Assembly (NCBI GenBank): GCA_937958045.1
Contig: CALFXL010000028.1
Span: 19,992-83,991 of the forward strand
Direction: 5' to 3'
Origin: an uncultured Opitutaceae bacterium
GTDB taxonomy: Bacteria > Verrucomicrobiota > Verrucomicrobiia > Opitutales > Opitutaceae
DNA: 64,000 nucleotides
In this document: positions 53,078-64,000 of the stretch, piece after piece
Numbering within the stretch: position 1 is the first letter of the stretch
Layout of the letters: the number at the start of each line of letters is the position of its first letter
The notes under the pieces: model-generated
The model's input: only the letters and a program-made list of their open reading frames with translations
The model's database searches: none
Told to the model about the DNA's origin: nothing
Position numbers and translations under genes: made by a program

Positions 53078-54340
53078 ATGGTTTCCACGAAAAAAATCCT
53101 TCGCGGGTTAATCGGCTGTTGTTGGTGCCTCGCGTCCACGTTGTGGGCGCAGAACCATGCGTTTGTGTTTGGCGAGGCCGCTTCCGAAGAAGAGGCCGTC
53201 CGGGTGAGCGCGCCGATACTCTATGACGCGGAACGCGGCTTCGGATTTGAGCCTGCCGCGACGCCGCGTGCGGACGGCGGTGCTCTCGGCGTGCTTCGCG
53301 AAGGGCATCCGTTTTATTTTTCCACGCGAGTTCCCGAAGGAAATTACCGCGTGCGTGCCGTGCTGCGGGGCGGGCAGCGGCCGGGAAACGTGACGGTGCG
53401 CGCGGAGCTGAGGCGTTTGATGATCGAGAATCAAAGCCTCACGCCGGGAGAGCAGCGCACTGTGGAATTTGTAGTGAATACGCGCCGGCCGGAAATCACG
53501 GGAGGCCCGGTAGTGCGTTTGAAACCGCGCGAGAAAGCCGAAGAGGCCTGGGCGTGGGACGATAAACTCACGCTGGAATTTGCGGGTGAAAACGCCGCGC
53601 TGACGGAATTGAGTATACAACCCGTGGATACGATTTCGGTCGTTTATCTGCTCGGAGATTCGACGGTCGCCGATCAGCCACGTGAACCGTACGCGAGCTG
53701 GGGACAGATGCTGACGCGCTTTTTTGCACCGAGTGTGGTGGTGGCGAATCACGCGGAATCCGGCGAATCGCTCGACAGCTCCAAATCGGCGCAGCGTTTG
53801 GCCAAGGTGACGAGTCTGCTACGTCCCGGCGATTGGGTGCTCGTGCAGTTTGGCCACAACGATCAGAAAGGCGTCACCGCCGAAGCGTTTGGCGCGACGC
53901 TGCGCGAGTACGTCGCGGCGATACGCGAGAAAGGCGCGCGGCCGGTGATCATAACGTCGATGCATCGGCGCCACTTCGACGAATCGGGCAGGGTGGTGGA
54001 CACGCATCGCGATTTTCCGCCGACGGCCCGCGCGGTTGCGGCGGAATTGTCGGTGCCGTTGATCGATCTGCATGCAATGAGCGCGCCTTTGTACGAAGCG
54101 CTTGGGCCCGAGCGCTCCGGCCTCGCGTTTAAGGAAGGCGATCGCACGCATCACAATGCCTACGGCGCGTACCAACTGGCCAAGTGCGTGGCGGAAGGCA
54201 TTCGCCAATCGCTGCCCGAACTGGCCGCACATTTGAGTCCTGATTTTTCCGGCTACAATCCCGCGACGCCGGATGATCCTGATGCGTTCTTTCTGCCGGC
54301 AAGCCCGGGCGGTATCGGCGCAAAACCCGATGGAAGCTGA
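53078..54340 (+). CDS. CE12 rhamnogalacturonan acetylesterase (SGNH) with N-terminal beta-sandwich
   Basis: LLGDSTV, SWGQML, NHAESG, VQFGHND, DRTHHN. Confidence 0.9.
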   Translation: MVSTKKILRGLIGCCWCLASTLWAQNHAFVFGEAASEEEAVRVSAPILYDAERGFGFEPAATPRADGGALGVLREGHPFYFSTRVPEGNYRVRAVLRGGQRPGNVTVRAELRRLMIENQSLTPGEQRTVEFVVNTRRPEITGGPVVRLKPREKAEEAWAWDDKLTLEFAGENAALTELSIQPVDTISVVYLLGDSTVADQPREPYASWGQMLTRFFAPSVVVANHAESGESLDSSKSAQRLAKVTSLLRPGDWVLVQFGHNDQKGVTAEAFGATLREYVAAIREKGARPVIITSMHRRHFDESGRVVDTHRDFPPTARAVAAELSVPLIDLHAMSAPLYEALGPERSGLAFKEGDRTHHNAYGAYQLAKCVAEGIRQSLPELAAHLSPDFSGYNPATPDDPDAFFLPASPGGIGAKPDGS

Positions 54341-54429
54341 GCGCGTTTTGCTTATTCAATCTGACTGAAATCTTTGCCCTTTCCGCGGCACCATCTCCCT
54401 TGGATGGTGCCGTTTCACCCCGCTACGTC

Positions 54430-55359
54430 ATGAAACCTGTTTTTGCTTTGATCGTGTCCCTGTTTTCCCTCGCGTCTTTGCGCGCGACCACGCCGGAAAA
54501 GGCGTATCTGTTTACTTACTTCACCGGCAACGGCGCGAGCGGACTGCACCTCGCGTGGAGCGTCGATGGGTTGAAATGGGAAACGATCGGCGGTGGGAAA
54601 AGTTTTCTGACGCCGCAGGTCGGCAACGCGAAGCTCATGCGCGATCCGTGTGTCGCGCTCGGCCCCGATGGACGCTATCACATGGTGTGGACCTCGGGCT
54701 GGTGGGAAAACAACATCGGATACGCGTCCACGACCGATTTCATCACATGGTCGGAACAGCAGGAGATCCCGGTGATGGCGCATGAACCCGCGGTGCGCAA
54801 CACATGGGCGCCGGAGTTGATCTGGGATAAAAAACGCGAGCAGTTCCTGATCTTCTGGGCGTCGACGATTCCGGGGAAATTTGCCGAGACTGCGGGCGCG
54901 TCGGAGGACGATCTCAATCATCGCATGTACGCCACGACGACCAGGGACTGGAAGGCGTTCACGCCGACCAAGCTTTGGTACGATCCGGGTTTTTCCGTGA
55001 TCGATGCGACGATCATTCCGGTCGGCGACGGTTATCGCATGGTGGTCAAAGATGAGACAAAGAACCCGGTGAAAAAACATCTGCTCCATGCGGCCTCCGA
55101 TGACGTGGAAGGTCCGTGGAGCGCGCTCAGTGCGCCCTTTACCCGCGATTGGGTCGAAGGTCCGACCGTGCTGAAAGTCGGCGAGGATTATCTGATCTAC
55201 TACGACGTGTATCGAGAAAAGCACTACGGTTCGCTGCGCACACGGGACTGGACTACCTTTGAAGACATCACCGACCGCATCGCTTTCCCGCAAGGCACTC
55301 GGCACGGCACGGCGATCGAAGTGCCGTATGCGGTAATCGAACGACTGCTGACAGAGTGA
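54430..55359 (+). CDS. GH43-like five-bladed beta-propeller glycosidase
   Basis: YLFTYF...GLHLAWSVDG, MRDPCV, WAPE, IDAT, WVEGPT. Confidence 0.85.
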   Translation: MKPVFALIVSLFSLASLRATTPEKAYLFTYFTGNGASGLHLAWSVDGLKWETIGGGKSFLTPQVGNAKLMRDPCVALGPDGRYHMVWTSGWWENNIGYASTTDFITWSEQQEIPVMAHEPAVRNTWAPELIWDKKREQFLIFWASTIPGKFAETAGASEDDLNHRMYATTTRDWKAFTPTKLWYDPGFSVIDATIIPVGDGYRMVVKDETKNPVKKHLLHAASDDVEGPWSALSAPFTRDWVEGPTVLKVGEDYLIYYDVYREKHYGSLRTRDWTTFEDITDRIAFPQGTRHGTAIEVPYAVIERLLTE

Positions 55360-55368
55360 TCCGAGATC

Positions 55369-55526
55369 GGGACAGGATTACAGGATGAACAGGAAACGCC
55401 TCCGCCGAATCTATCCTGTCGCTTCTGTTGATCCTGTCCCCATTCTGATGCTCTTGTCGCGGATGGCACAGCCGATGACCCTCCCCGTGAGTTCCTCCTG
55501 CTCCTGTAAGTCTCGTTACCCTGTCC
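55369..55526. repeat. ACAGGA-based inverted-repeat element in an intergenic gap
   Basis: GGGACAGGAT-TACAGGAT-GAACAGGA (55369-55394) pairs with ATCCTGTC...ATCCTGTCCC (55413-55440); degenerate third arm at 55496-55526. Confidence 0.65.
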
Positions 55527-55534
55527 AAAACTAA

Positions 55535-58801
<3,267 letters not shown>

Positions 58802-58903
58802 TTCTGCATTGGGAGCGACGGCCGCTGGCCGGCTGCTGTTTTGGATGTCAGCGAGTCGCCGGCGCTCCCGAGTTTGCTTCATCAGCCCTAAAAAAATCCC
58901 CGC

Positions 58904-61324
58904 ATGAACTTCCGAAACATCTTGGTCGCATTCGCGTCGTTTCTCTCGCTGGCACTGTCGGTGTCTGCTTCGACGCTTTGGTTCGATGCGCCGGCCCGTC
59001 ACTTCACCGAGTCGAGTCCGCTCGGAAACGGCCGGTTAGGCGCGATGGTATTCGGCGGAGTGGAGGAGGAGCGCATCGTCCTCAACGAAACCGGCATGTG
59101 GTCCGGTTCGCCGCAGGATGCCGACCGGCGCGACGCCGCGAAAGCGCTCCCGGAGATTCGTCGGTTGTTGCTCGAAGGAAAAAATCTCGAAGCCGAGGCG
59201 TTGGTGGCGGCGAATTTCACCTGCGCCGGCAAAGGCTCGGGTTTTGGCAAAGGCGCGAACGTGCCTTATGGCTCATATCAAGTGTTGGCGGACTTGCTGA
59301 TCGCGTTGCCCGAAGCCTCGGACGAAATGTATCCAGTCAGCCACTACCGCCGCGAACTCGATCTGCGCACGGCGACTTCGGTCATGACGTACGAACGCAA
59401 TGGCATTCGCTTTACACGCGAAGCGTTTGTGTCGGCGCCGGATGAAGCGGTGATCATCCGGCTGCGCGCGGATCGCCCGGGCGTGATCACGGCGGCGTTC
59501 CGTCTTACTCGACCGGAAAACGCGCGCGTCGAAGCCGACGGGCGCGATGGATTGCACCTCTTTGGACAGTTGCCGGACGGATTCGGCGGCACGGCGGGCG
59601 TGAAATTTTCGACGCGACTGCGCGTGCTCCCCGTTGGCGGAACCATTGATGTGAACGACACCGAAGTGCGCGTAAACGGCGCGGACGAAGTGCTCGCGAT
59701 CGTGACGGCGGCGACGGACATCAAGACCTTTGCCGGTCGTCGCGTGGAGGATGCCGCGCGCACGTCGCAGGCGGATATGGATCGAGTCGTGCCGCAATCG
59801 TACGACACGCTGTGGTTCGCCCACACCGCCGATTATCAACGCTACTTTCAGCGCGTGATGCTTTCGCTCGGTGGTGGCGATGCGGAAGCCGCCGCGAAAC
59901 CGACGCCCGAGCGCCTGCGTGCGTTTGCCGAAGGCGCCAACGATCCGGCGTTGATCGCGCTCTATTTCGATTTTGGCCGCTATCTGTTGATCTCGTCGTC
60001 TCGTCCCGGCGGTTTGCCGGCGAATCTGCAGGGGCTCTGGGCCGATGGTGTGCAGACGCCCTGGAACGGCGACTGGCACCTCAACATCAACATCCAGATG
60101 AACTACTGGCCGGCGGAGATTTGTAATCTCTCCGAACTCACAGAGCCGCTTTTTGCGTTTATCCATTCGTTGCGCGAGCCCGGCGCGAAAACCGCGAAAG
60201 CCTATTACAACGCGCGCGGCTGGGTGGCGCATGTGCTCGGAAATCCCTGGGGATTCACGTCGCCGGGCGAAGGCGCCAATTGGGGCGCGACGACCACCGG
60301 CTCGGCCTGGCTCTGCCATCATTTGTGGGAGCACTATCTTTTCACCGGCGATCGCGAGTTCTTGAAGCGCGCGTATCCTGTGCTGCGCGAGTCGTCGCAG
60401 TTTTACCTCGATATGCTGATCGAGGAGCCGAAACAAAAATGGCTCGTCACCGCGCCCTCGAATTCGCCGGAGAACGCGTTTGTCACCGCTGACGGCAAGA
60501 GCGCGCACATCACGCTCGGCGCGACGATGGACATGCAGTTGCTGCGTTTCCTCTTTGGCGCGACGGCGACGTCGGCGCGTATCCTCGGCGTGGATACGGA
60601 GCTGCGCGACGAGTTGGAGAAAACCATCGGCCGGCTCGTGCCGACACGCATCGGCAGCGATGGGCGCGTGATGGAATGGATCGAAGAGTATCCGGAGGCT
60701 GATCCGCAGCATCGTCACATTTCTCATCTGTGGGGGCTTTATCCGGGCGATGAAATTTCTCCGGACAAAACCCCCGCGCTCGCCGCTGCTTCGCGCAAGA
60801 CGCTCGATGTGCGCGGCGACGCCGGCACAGGCTGGTGCATCGCGCACAAACTCAATCTCTGGGCACGCCTCGGCGACGGCGATCGCGCACTGACGTTGAT
60901 CCGCTCGCTGCTCAAGCCGGCGAGCGCCGTCCAAGGCATCAGCACCAAGGGCGGCGGCACTTATCCGAATCTCTTCGACGCGCACCCGCCTTTCCAGATC
61001 GACGGAAATTTCGGCGGCGCGGCTGGCATCGCGGAGATGTTGTTGCAAAGTTCCGCGGAAGCGGAGGACGGCGCGTGGGCGGAGATTCGTTTGCTGCCGG
61101 CATTGCCGTCGTCGTGGCGCGAAGGTTCGGTGAGCGGTCTGCGTGCGCGCGGTGGTTTTGAAGTCGATCTCGCGTGGAGCGAAGGCCGGCTCATGTCGGC
61201 GACGATCCGCAGTCTCGCCGGACGTCCTCTACGCGTGCGTCTCGGTGATGCGACGGTGGAGTTGCCACAGTTCGGAGTGGCCGAGCAACGCGTGCTCGAC
61301 GGCGCGTTGAAGGTCACTCGCTGA
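58904..61324 (+). CDS. GH95 alpha-L-fucosidase / alpha-L-galactosidase
   Basis: [73 protein letters not shown]. Confidence 0.95.
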   Translation: MNFRNILVAFASFLSLALSVSASTLWFDAPARHFTESSPLGNGRLGAMVFGGVEEERIVLNETGMWSGSPQDADRRDAAKALPEIRRLLLEGKNLEAEALVAANFTCAGKGSGFGKGANVPYGSYQVLADLLIALPEASDEMYPVSHYRRELDLRTATSVMTYERNGIRFTREAFVSAPDEAVIIRLRADRPGVITAAFRLTRPENARVEADGRDGLHLFGQLPDGFGGTAGVKFSTRLRVLPVGGTIDVNDTEVRVNGADEVLAIVTAATDIKTFAGRRVEDAARTSQADMDRVVPQSYDTLWFAHTADYQRYFQRVMLSLGGGDAEAAAKPTPERLRAFAEGANDPALIALYFDFGRYLLISSSRPGGLPANLQGLWADGVQTPWNGDWHLNINIQMNYWPAEICNLSELTEPLFAFIHSLREPGAKTAKAYYNARGWVAHVLGNPWGFTSPGEGANWGATTTGSAWLCHHLWEHYLFTGDREFLKRAYPVLRESSQFYLDMLIEEPKQKWLVTAPSNSPENAFVTADGKSAHITLGATMDMQLLRFLFGATATSARILGVDTELRDELEKTIGRLVPTRIGSDGRVMEWIEEYPEADPQHRHISHLWGLYPGDEISPDKTPALAAASRKTLDVRGDAGTGWCIAHKLNLWARLGDGDRALTLIRSLLKPASAVQGISTKGGGTYPNLFDAHPPFQIDGNFGGAAGIAEMLLQSSAEAEDGAWAEIRLLPALPSSWREGSVSGLRARGGFEVDLAWSEGRLMSATIRSLAGRPLRVRLGDATVELPQFGVAEQRVLDGALKVTR

Positions 61325-61362
61325 ACCCGCCTCACGTGAGCGCCGCCGCTATCCGGCTTATC

Positions 61363-61389
61363 GGAAACTGCCGGCGGGCCGCCGGCGCT
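61363..61389. repeat. REP-like palindromic repeat, copy 2 (copy 1 at 16526-16552)
   Basis: GGAAACTGCCGGCGGGCCGCCGGCGCT. Confidence 0.65.
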
Positions 61390-61466
61390 TCCAGTCGCTG
61401 GCTTTTTCGTTAAATTGCATGCTTTAAGCTCGGCAATCCACGCAAGCGACGCATGAGCATAGGGCC

Positions 61467-64000
61467 ATGCGCATCCACTTACCCCTTCGCTGCACGGCGT
61501 CCGCCTGGTTGGCGGTCGCGCTTTTTTTGTCTCCGGTTGTTCATGGCTGGGCACAGTCTGAAGCACAGCCTGTCGCTCCCAGGGCTGTATCCAAATTTTC
61601 GGGACGCGAGCGACTGTCCTTCAATGACGGCTGGCGCTTTCATCGCGGCGATGCGCCGGATGCAAACGGCGCGCTCGATTACGAGAAACTCAAGCCTTGG
61701 GTGCTCGCGACGGGCGTGGATTTGATCAATGCCGGCGTGAAAAAACCGGTGCGGCCCGAAGGCAATCCGGGCGCTGAGGTTTCGTTTGTGCGTGCGGACT
61801 TCGATGATGCCGCGTGGAAATCGGTGCGCCTGCCGCACGATTGGGCGGTCGAAGGACCGTTTGATTTGGAGCTGCCAGGCGATACCGGCAAGCTGCCGTG
61901 GCAAGGTGTGGGCTGGTATCGAAAAACCTTCACCGTGCCGGCTACCGACGCGGGCCGTCGCGTGTTTTTGGATATCGATGGCGCGATGGCGTATTCGACG
62001 GTCTGGCTCAACGGACATCTGGTGGGCGGCTGGCCCTATGGTTACACGTCTTACCGGCTCGATCTGACGCCGTATCTAAAAATTGGGGACAGCAACACGC
62101 TGGCGATCCGACTCGATAATCCGCCTGAGTCGTCGCGTTGGTATCCAGGCAGTGGACTTTATCGCAATGTCTGGCTCGTGAAAACCGATCCCGTGCACGT
62201 GGTGAAGGACGGCGTTTATATCACCACGCCGCGCGTCACGGCCGAAGCCGCGGAAGTGACTGTGCAGGTCGAATTGCGCAATCTTTCGGAAAACAAACTC
62301 CGGGTCGGCGTCGGTTCCCGTATCCACGAACTGGATGCGCAAGGACGTCCGGCGGCGCTGGTCGCGGAGTCGGAAGTGATGGAAGTGGAGATCGATCCGA
62401 AACGCGCGCGCGATGCCCTGCGCAGCAACCGGCTGGTGATTGCGAATCCGCAGTTGTGGCGCTTGGACGATCCGCGGCGTTATATCGCGGTGACCGAGCT
62501 GCGCGTCGACGGACACGTGGTCGATCGCGTGGAAACGCCCTTTGGTGTTCGCACGATCGCGTGGGATCCGGATCGCGGTTTTCTTCTCAATGGCGAACAC
62601 GTTTACCTCAAGGGCGTGTGCATGCACCACGACCTCGGCGCGCTCGGTGCCGCGGTGAATGTGCGCGCGACGGAGCGCCAGCTAGAGATCCTGCGTGAGA
62701 TCGGCGTGAATGCCATTCGCTGCAGTCATAATCCCTCGTCGCCCGAGTTGCTCGAGCTGTGCGATCGCATGGGCTTTCTCGTGATGGCGGAAAGCTTCGA
62801 TGCGTGGCGCCGCGGAAAAAAATGGCCGGCGCACATTCCGGAATATGACCCGAACAATTATTACTACGACTATGGCCGGATTTTCGATGACTGGCACGAG
62901 CGCGATTTGCGCGCGTTGATTCGTCGCGATCGGAATCATCCGAGCGTGGTGATCTGGAGTATCGGCAACGAGATCATCGAACAGTGGTTCACGGATGGAT
63001 GGAAAGTCGCGGTGCGTCTTTCGGGCATCGTGCGCGAAGAAGACCGCACGCGTCCGATTACCGGTGGTTTCAACAATCCTGAAGCGGGCTACATCGGCAT
63101 GCAGGCCGCGGTCGATGCGATCGGTTTCAATTACAAGCCGTGGGAATACGTGCCCTTCAAGCGGCGCAATCCCACGATACCGGTTTACGGTGCGGAGACG
63201 GCGTCAACCGTGAGCTCGCGCGGTGAGTACGTTTTCCCCGTGGTGACCGACGACAAGCTGCAGGGGCGTGAGAATTTTCACGTGAGTTCCTACGATCTGT
63301 TCGCGCCACCGTGGGCTTCGAGTCCCGACTTCGAGTTCAAACATCAGGACGAAAGCGCGTTTGTCGGCGGCGAGTTTGTGTGGACGGGTTTCGATTATCT
63401 CGGCGAACCGACGCCCTATAACAGCGACGCGACGAACCTGTTGAACTTCTCCGATCCCGAACAGCGCGCACGCATGGCGGCGGAGTTGGAGAAGCTTGGG
63501 AAGATCCGCGTGCCCTCGCGCAGTTCGTACTTCGGCATCGTGGACCTGGCAGGTTTTCCGAAGGATCGTTTTTATCTGTATCAAGCGCGGTGGCGTCCGG
63601 AGCTGCCGATGGCGCACATCCTGCCGCATTGGAACTGGCCGGAACGCGTTGGCCAGGTGACGCCGGTGCATGTGTATAGCTCGGGCGATGAAGCCGAATT
63701 GTTCCTCAATGGAAAATCGCTCGGTCGCAAAAAACGCGGGTCGCTCGAGTACCGCTTTCGGTGGGACGACGTCGTGTATCAGCCCGGCGAGTTGAAAGTG
63801 GTGACGTATAAAAACGGAAAACCGTGGGCTGACGCCGTGACGCGCACGACTGGCATAGCGGAGAAACTCATGCTCACGGCGGACCGCGCAAAGATCCGCG
63901 CGGATGGCGACGACTTGTCGTTCGTGACTGTGAAGATCGTGGACAAAGACGGTCTCGTGGTGCCGCGCTCGAAGAACGCGCTGGCATTTGAAGTGAGCGG
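61467..64000 (+). CDS. GH2 glycoside hydrolase (beta-galactosidase-like), runs off the window end
   Basis: Not in the ORF track because it has no stop in the window. Manual translation: signal peptide, RERLSFNDGWRF, VRLPHDWAVEGPF, GVCMHHDLGALG, IRCSHNP, VIWSIGNE, FVWTGFDYLGEP. Confidence 0.93.
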   Translation, partial: MRIHLPLRCTASAWLAVALFLSPVVHGWAQSEAQPVAPRAVSKFSGRERLSFNDGWRFHRGDAPDANGALDYEKLKPWVLATGVDLINAGVKKPVRPEGNPGAEVSFVRADFDDAAWKSVRLPHDWAVEGPFDLELPGDTGKLPWQGVGWYRKTFTVPATDAGRRVFLDIDGAMAYSTVWLNGHLVGGWPYGYTSYRLDLTPYLKIGDSNTLAIRLDNPPESSRWYPGSGLYRNVWLVKTDPVHVVKDGVYITTPRVTAEAAEVTVQVELRNLSENKLRVGVGSRIHELDAQGRPAALVAESEVMEVEIDPKRARDALRSNRLVIANPQLWRLDDPRRYIAVTELRVDGHVVDRVETPFGVRTIAWDPDRGFLLNGEHVYLKGVCMHHDLGALGAAVNVRATERQLEILREIGVNAIRCSHNPSSPELLELCDRMGFLVMAESFDAWRRGKKWPAHIPEYDPNNYYYDYGRIFDDWHERDLRALIRRDRNHPSVVIWSIGNEIIEQWFTDGWKVAVRLSGIVREEDRTRPITGGFNNPEAGYIGMQAAVDAIGFNYKPWEYVPFKRRNPTIPVYGAETASTVSSRGEYVFPVVTDDKLQGRENFHVSSYDLFAPPWASSPDFEFKHQDESAFVGGEFVWTGFDYLGEPTPYNSDATNLLNFSDPEQRARMAAELEKLGKIRVPSRSSYFGIVDLAGFPKDRFYLYQARWRPELPMAHILPHWNWPERVGQVTPVHVYSSGDEAELFLNGKSLGRKKRGSLEYRFRWDDVVYQPGELKVVTYKNGKPWADAVTRTTGIAEKLMLTADRAKIRADGDDLSFVTVKIVDKDGLVVPRSKNALAFEVS

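Overview
GC-rich bacterial chromosomal segment. Gene style (TonB receptors with an N-terminal carboxypeptidase-regulatory-like domain, an autotransporter, beta-propeller hybrid kinases, Shine-Dalgarno-poor starts) suggests Verrucomicrobiota/Opitutaceae, which is an inference. Housekeeping genes (nadD-rsfS, rpsB-tsf, sufU-sufS, hss, ddh, proA, rsmE, two tRNA-Leu genes) are interleaved with a large pectin/rhamnogalacturonan-degrading set: GH105, PL11-CBM35, GH43-CBM13, three GH2, GH78, a DUF4450 protein, CE12, a second GH43 and GH95. No CRISPR array, rRNA, integrase or transposase was seen. Best leads: (1) a 529-aa protein joining a lipoyl domain and E3/E1-binding domain to an intact FabH, an E2-like subunit whose acyltransferase is replaced by a ketosynthase; (2) a highly structured ~250-nt leader with alternative folds upstream of homospermidine synthase; (3) a candidate ~88-nt sRNA (3541-3628, minus strand) whose GGGGUA motifs are complementary to C-rich translation-start regions of secreted glycanase genes; (4) a doubly inactivated GxxExxY nuclease gene framed by direct and inverted repeats, plus a similar cargo-less repeat element. 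All calls come from manual reading of motifs; no database searches or folding programs were run.
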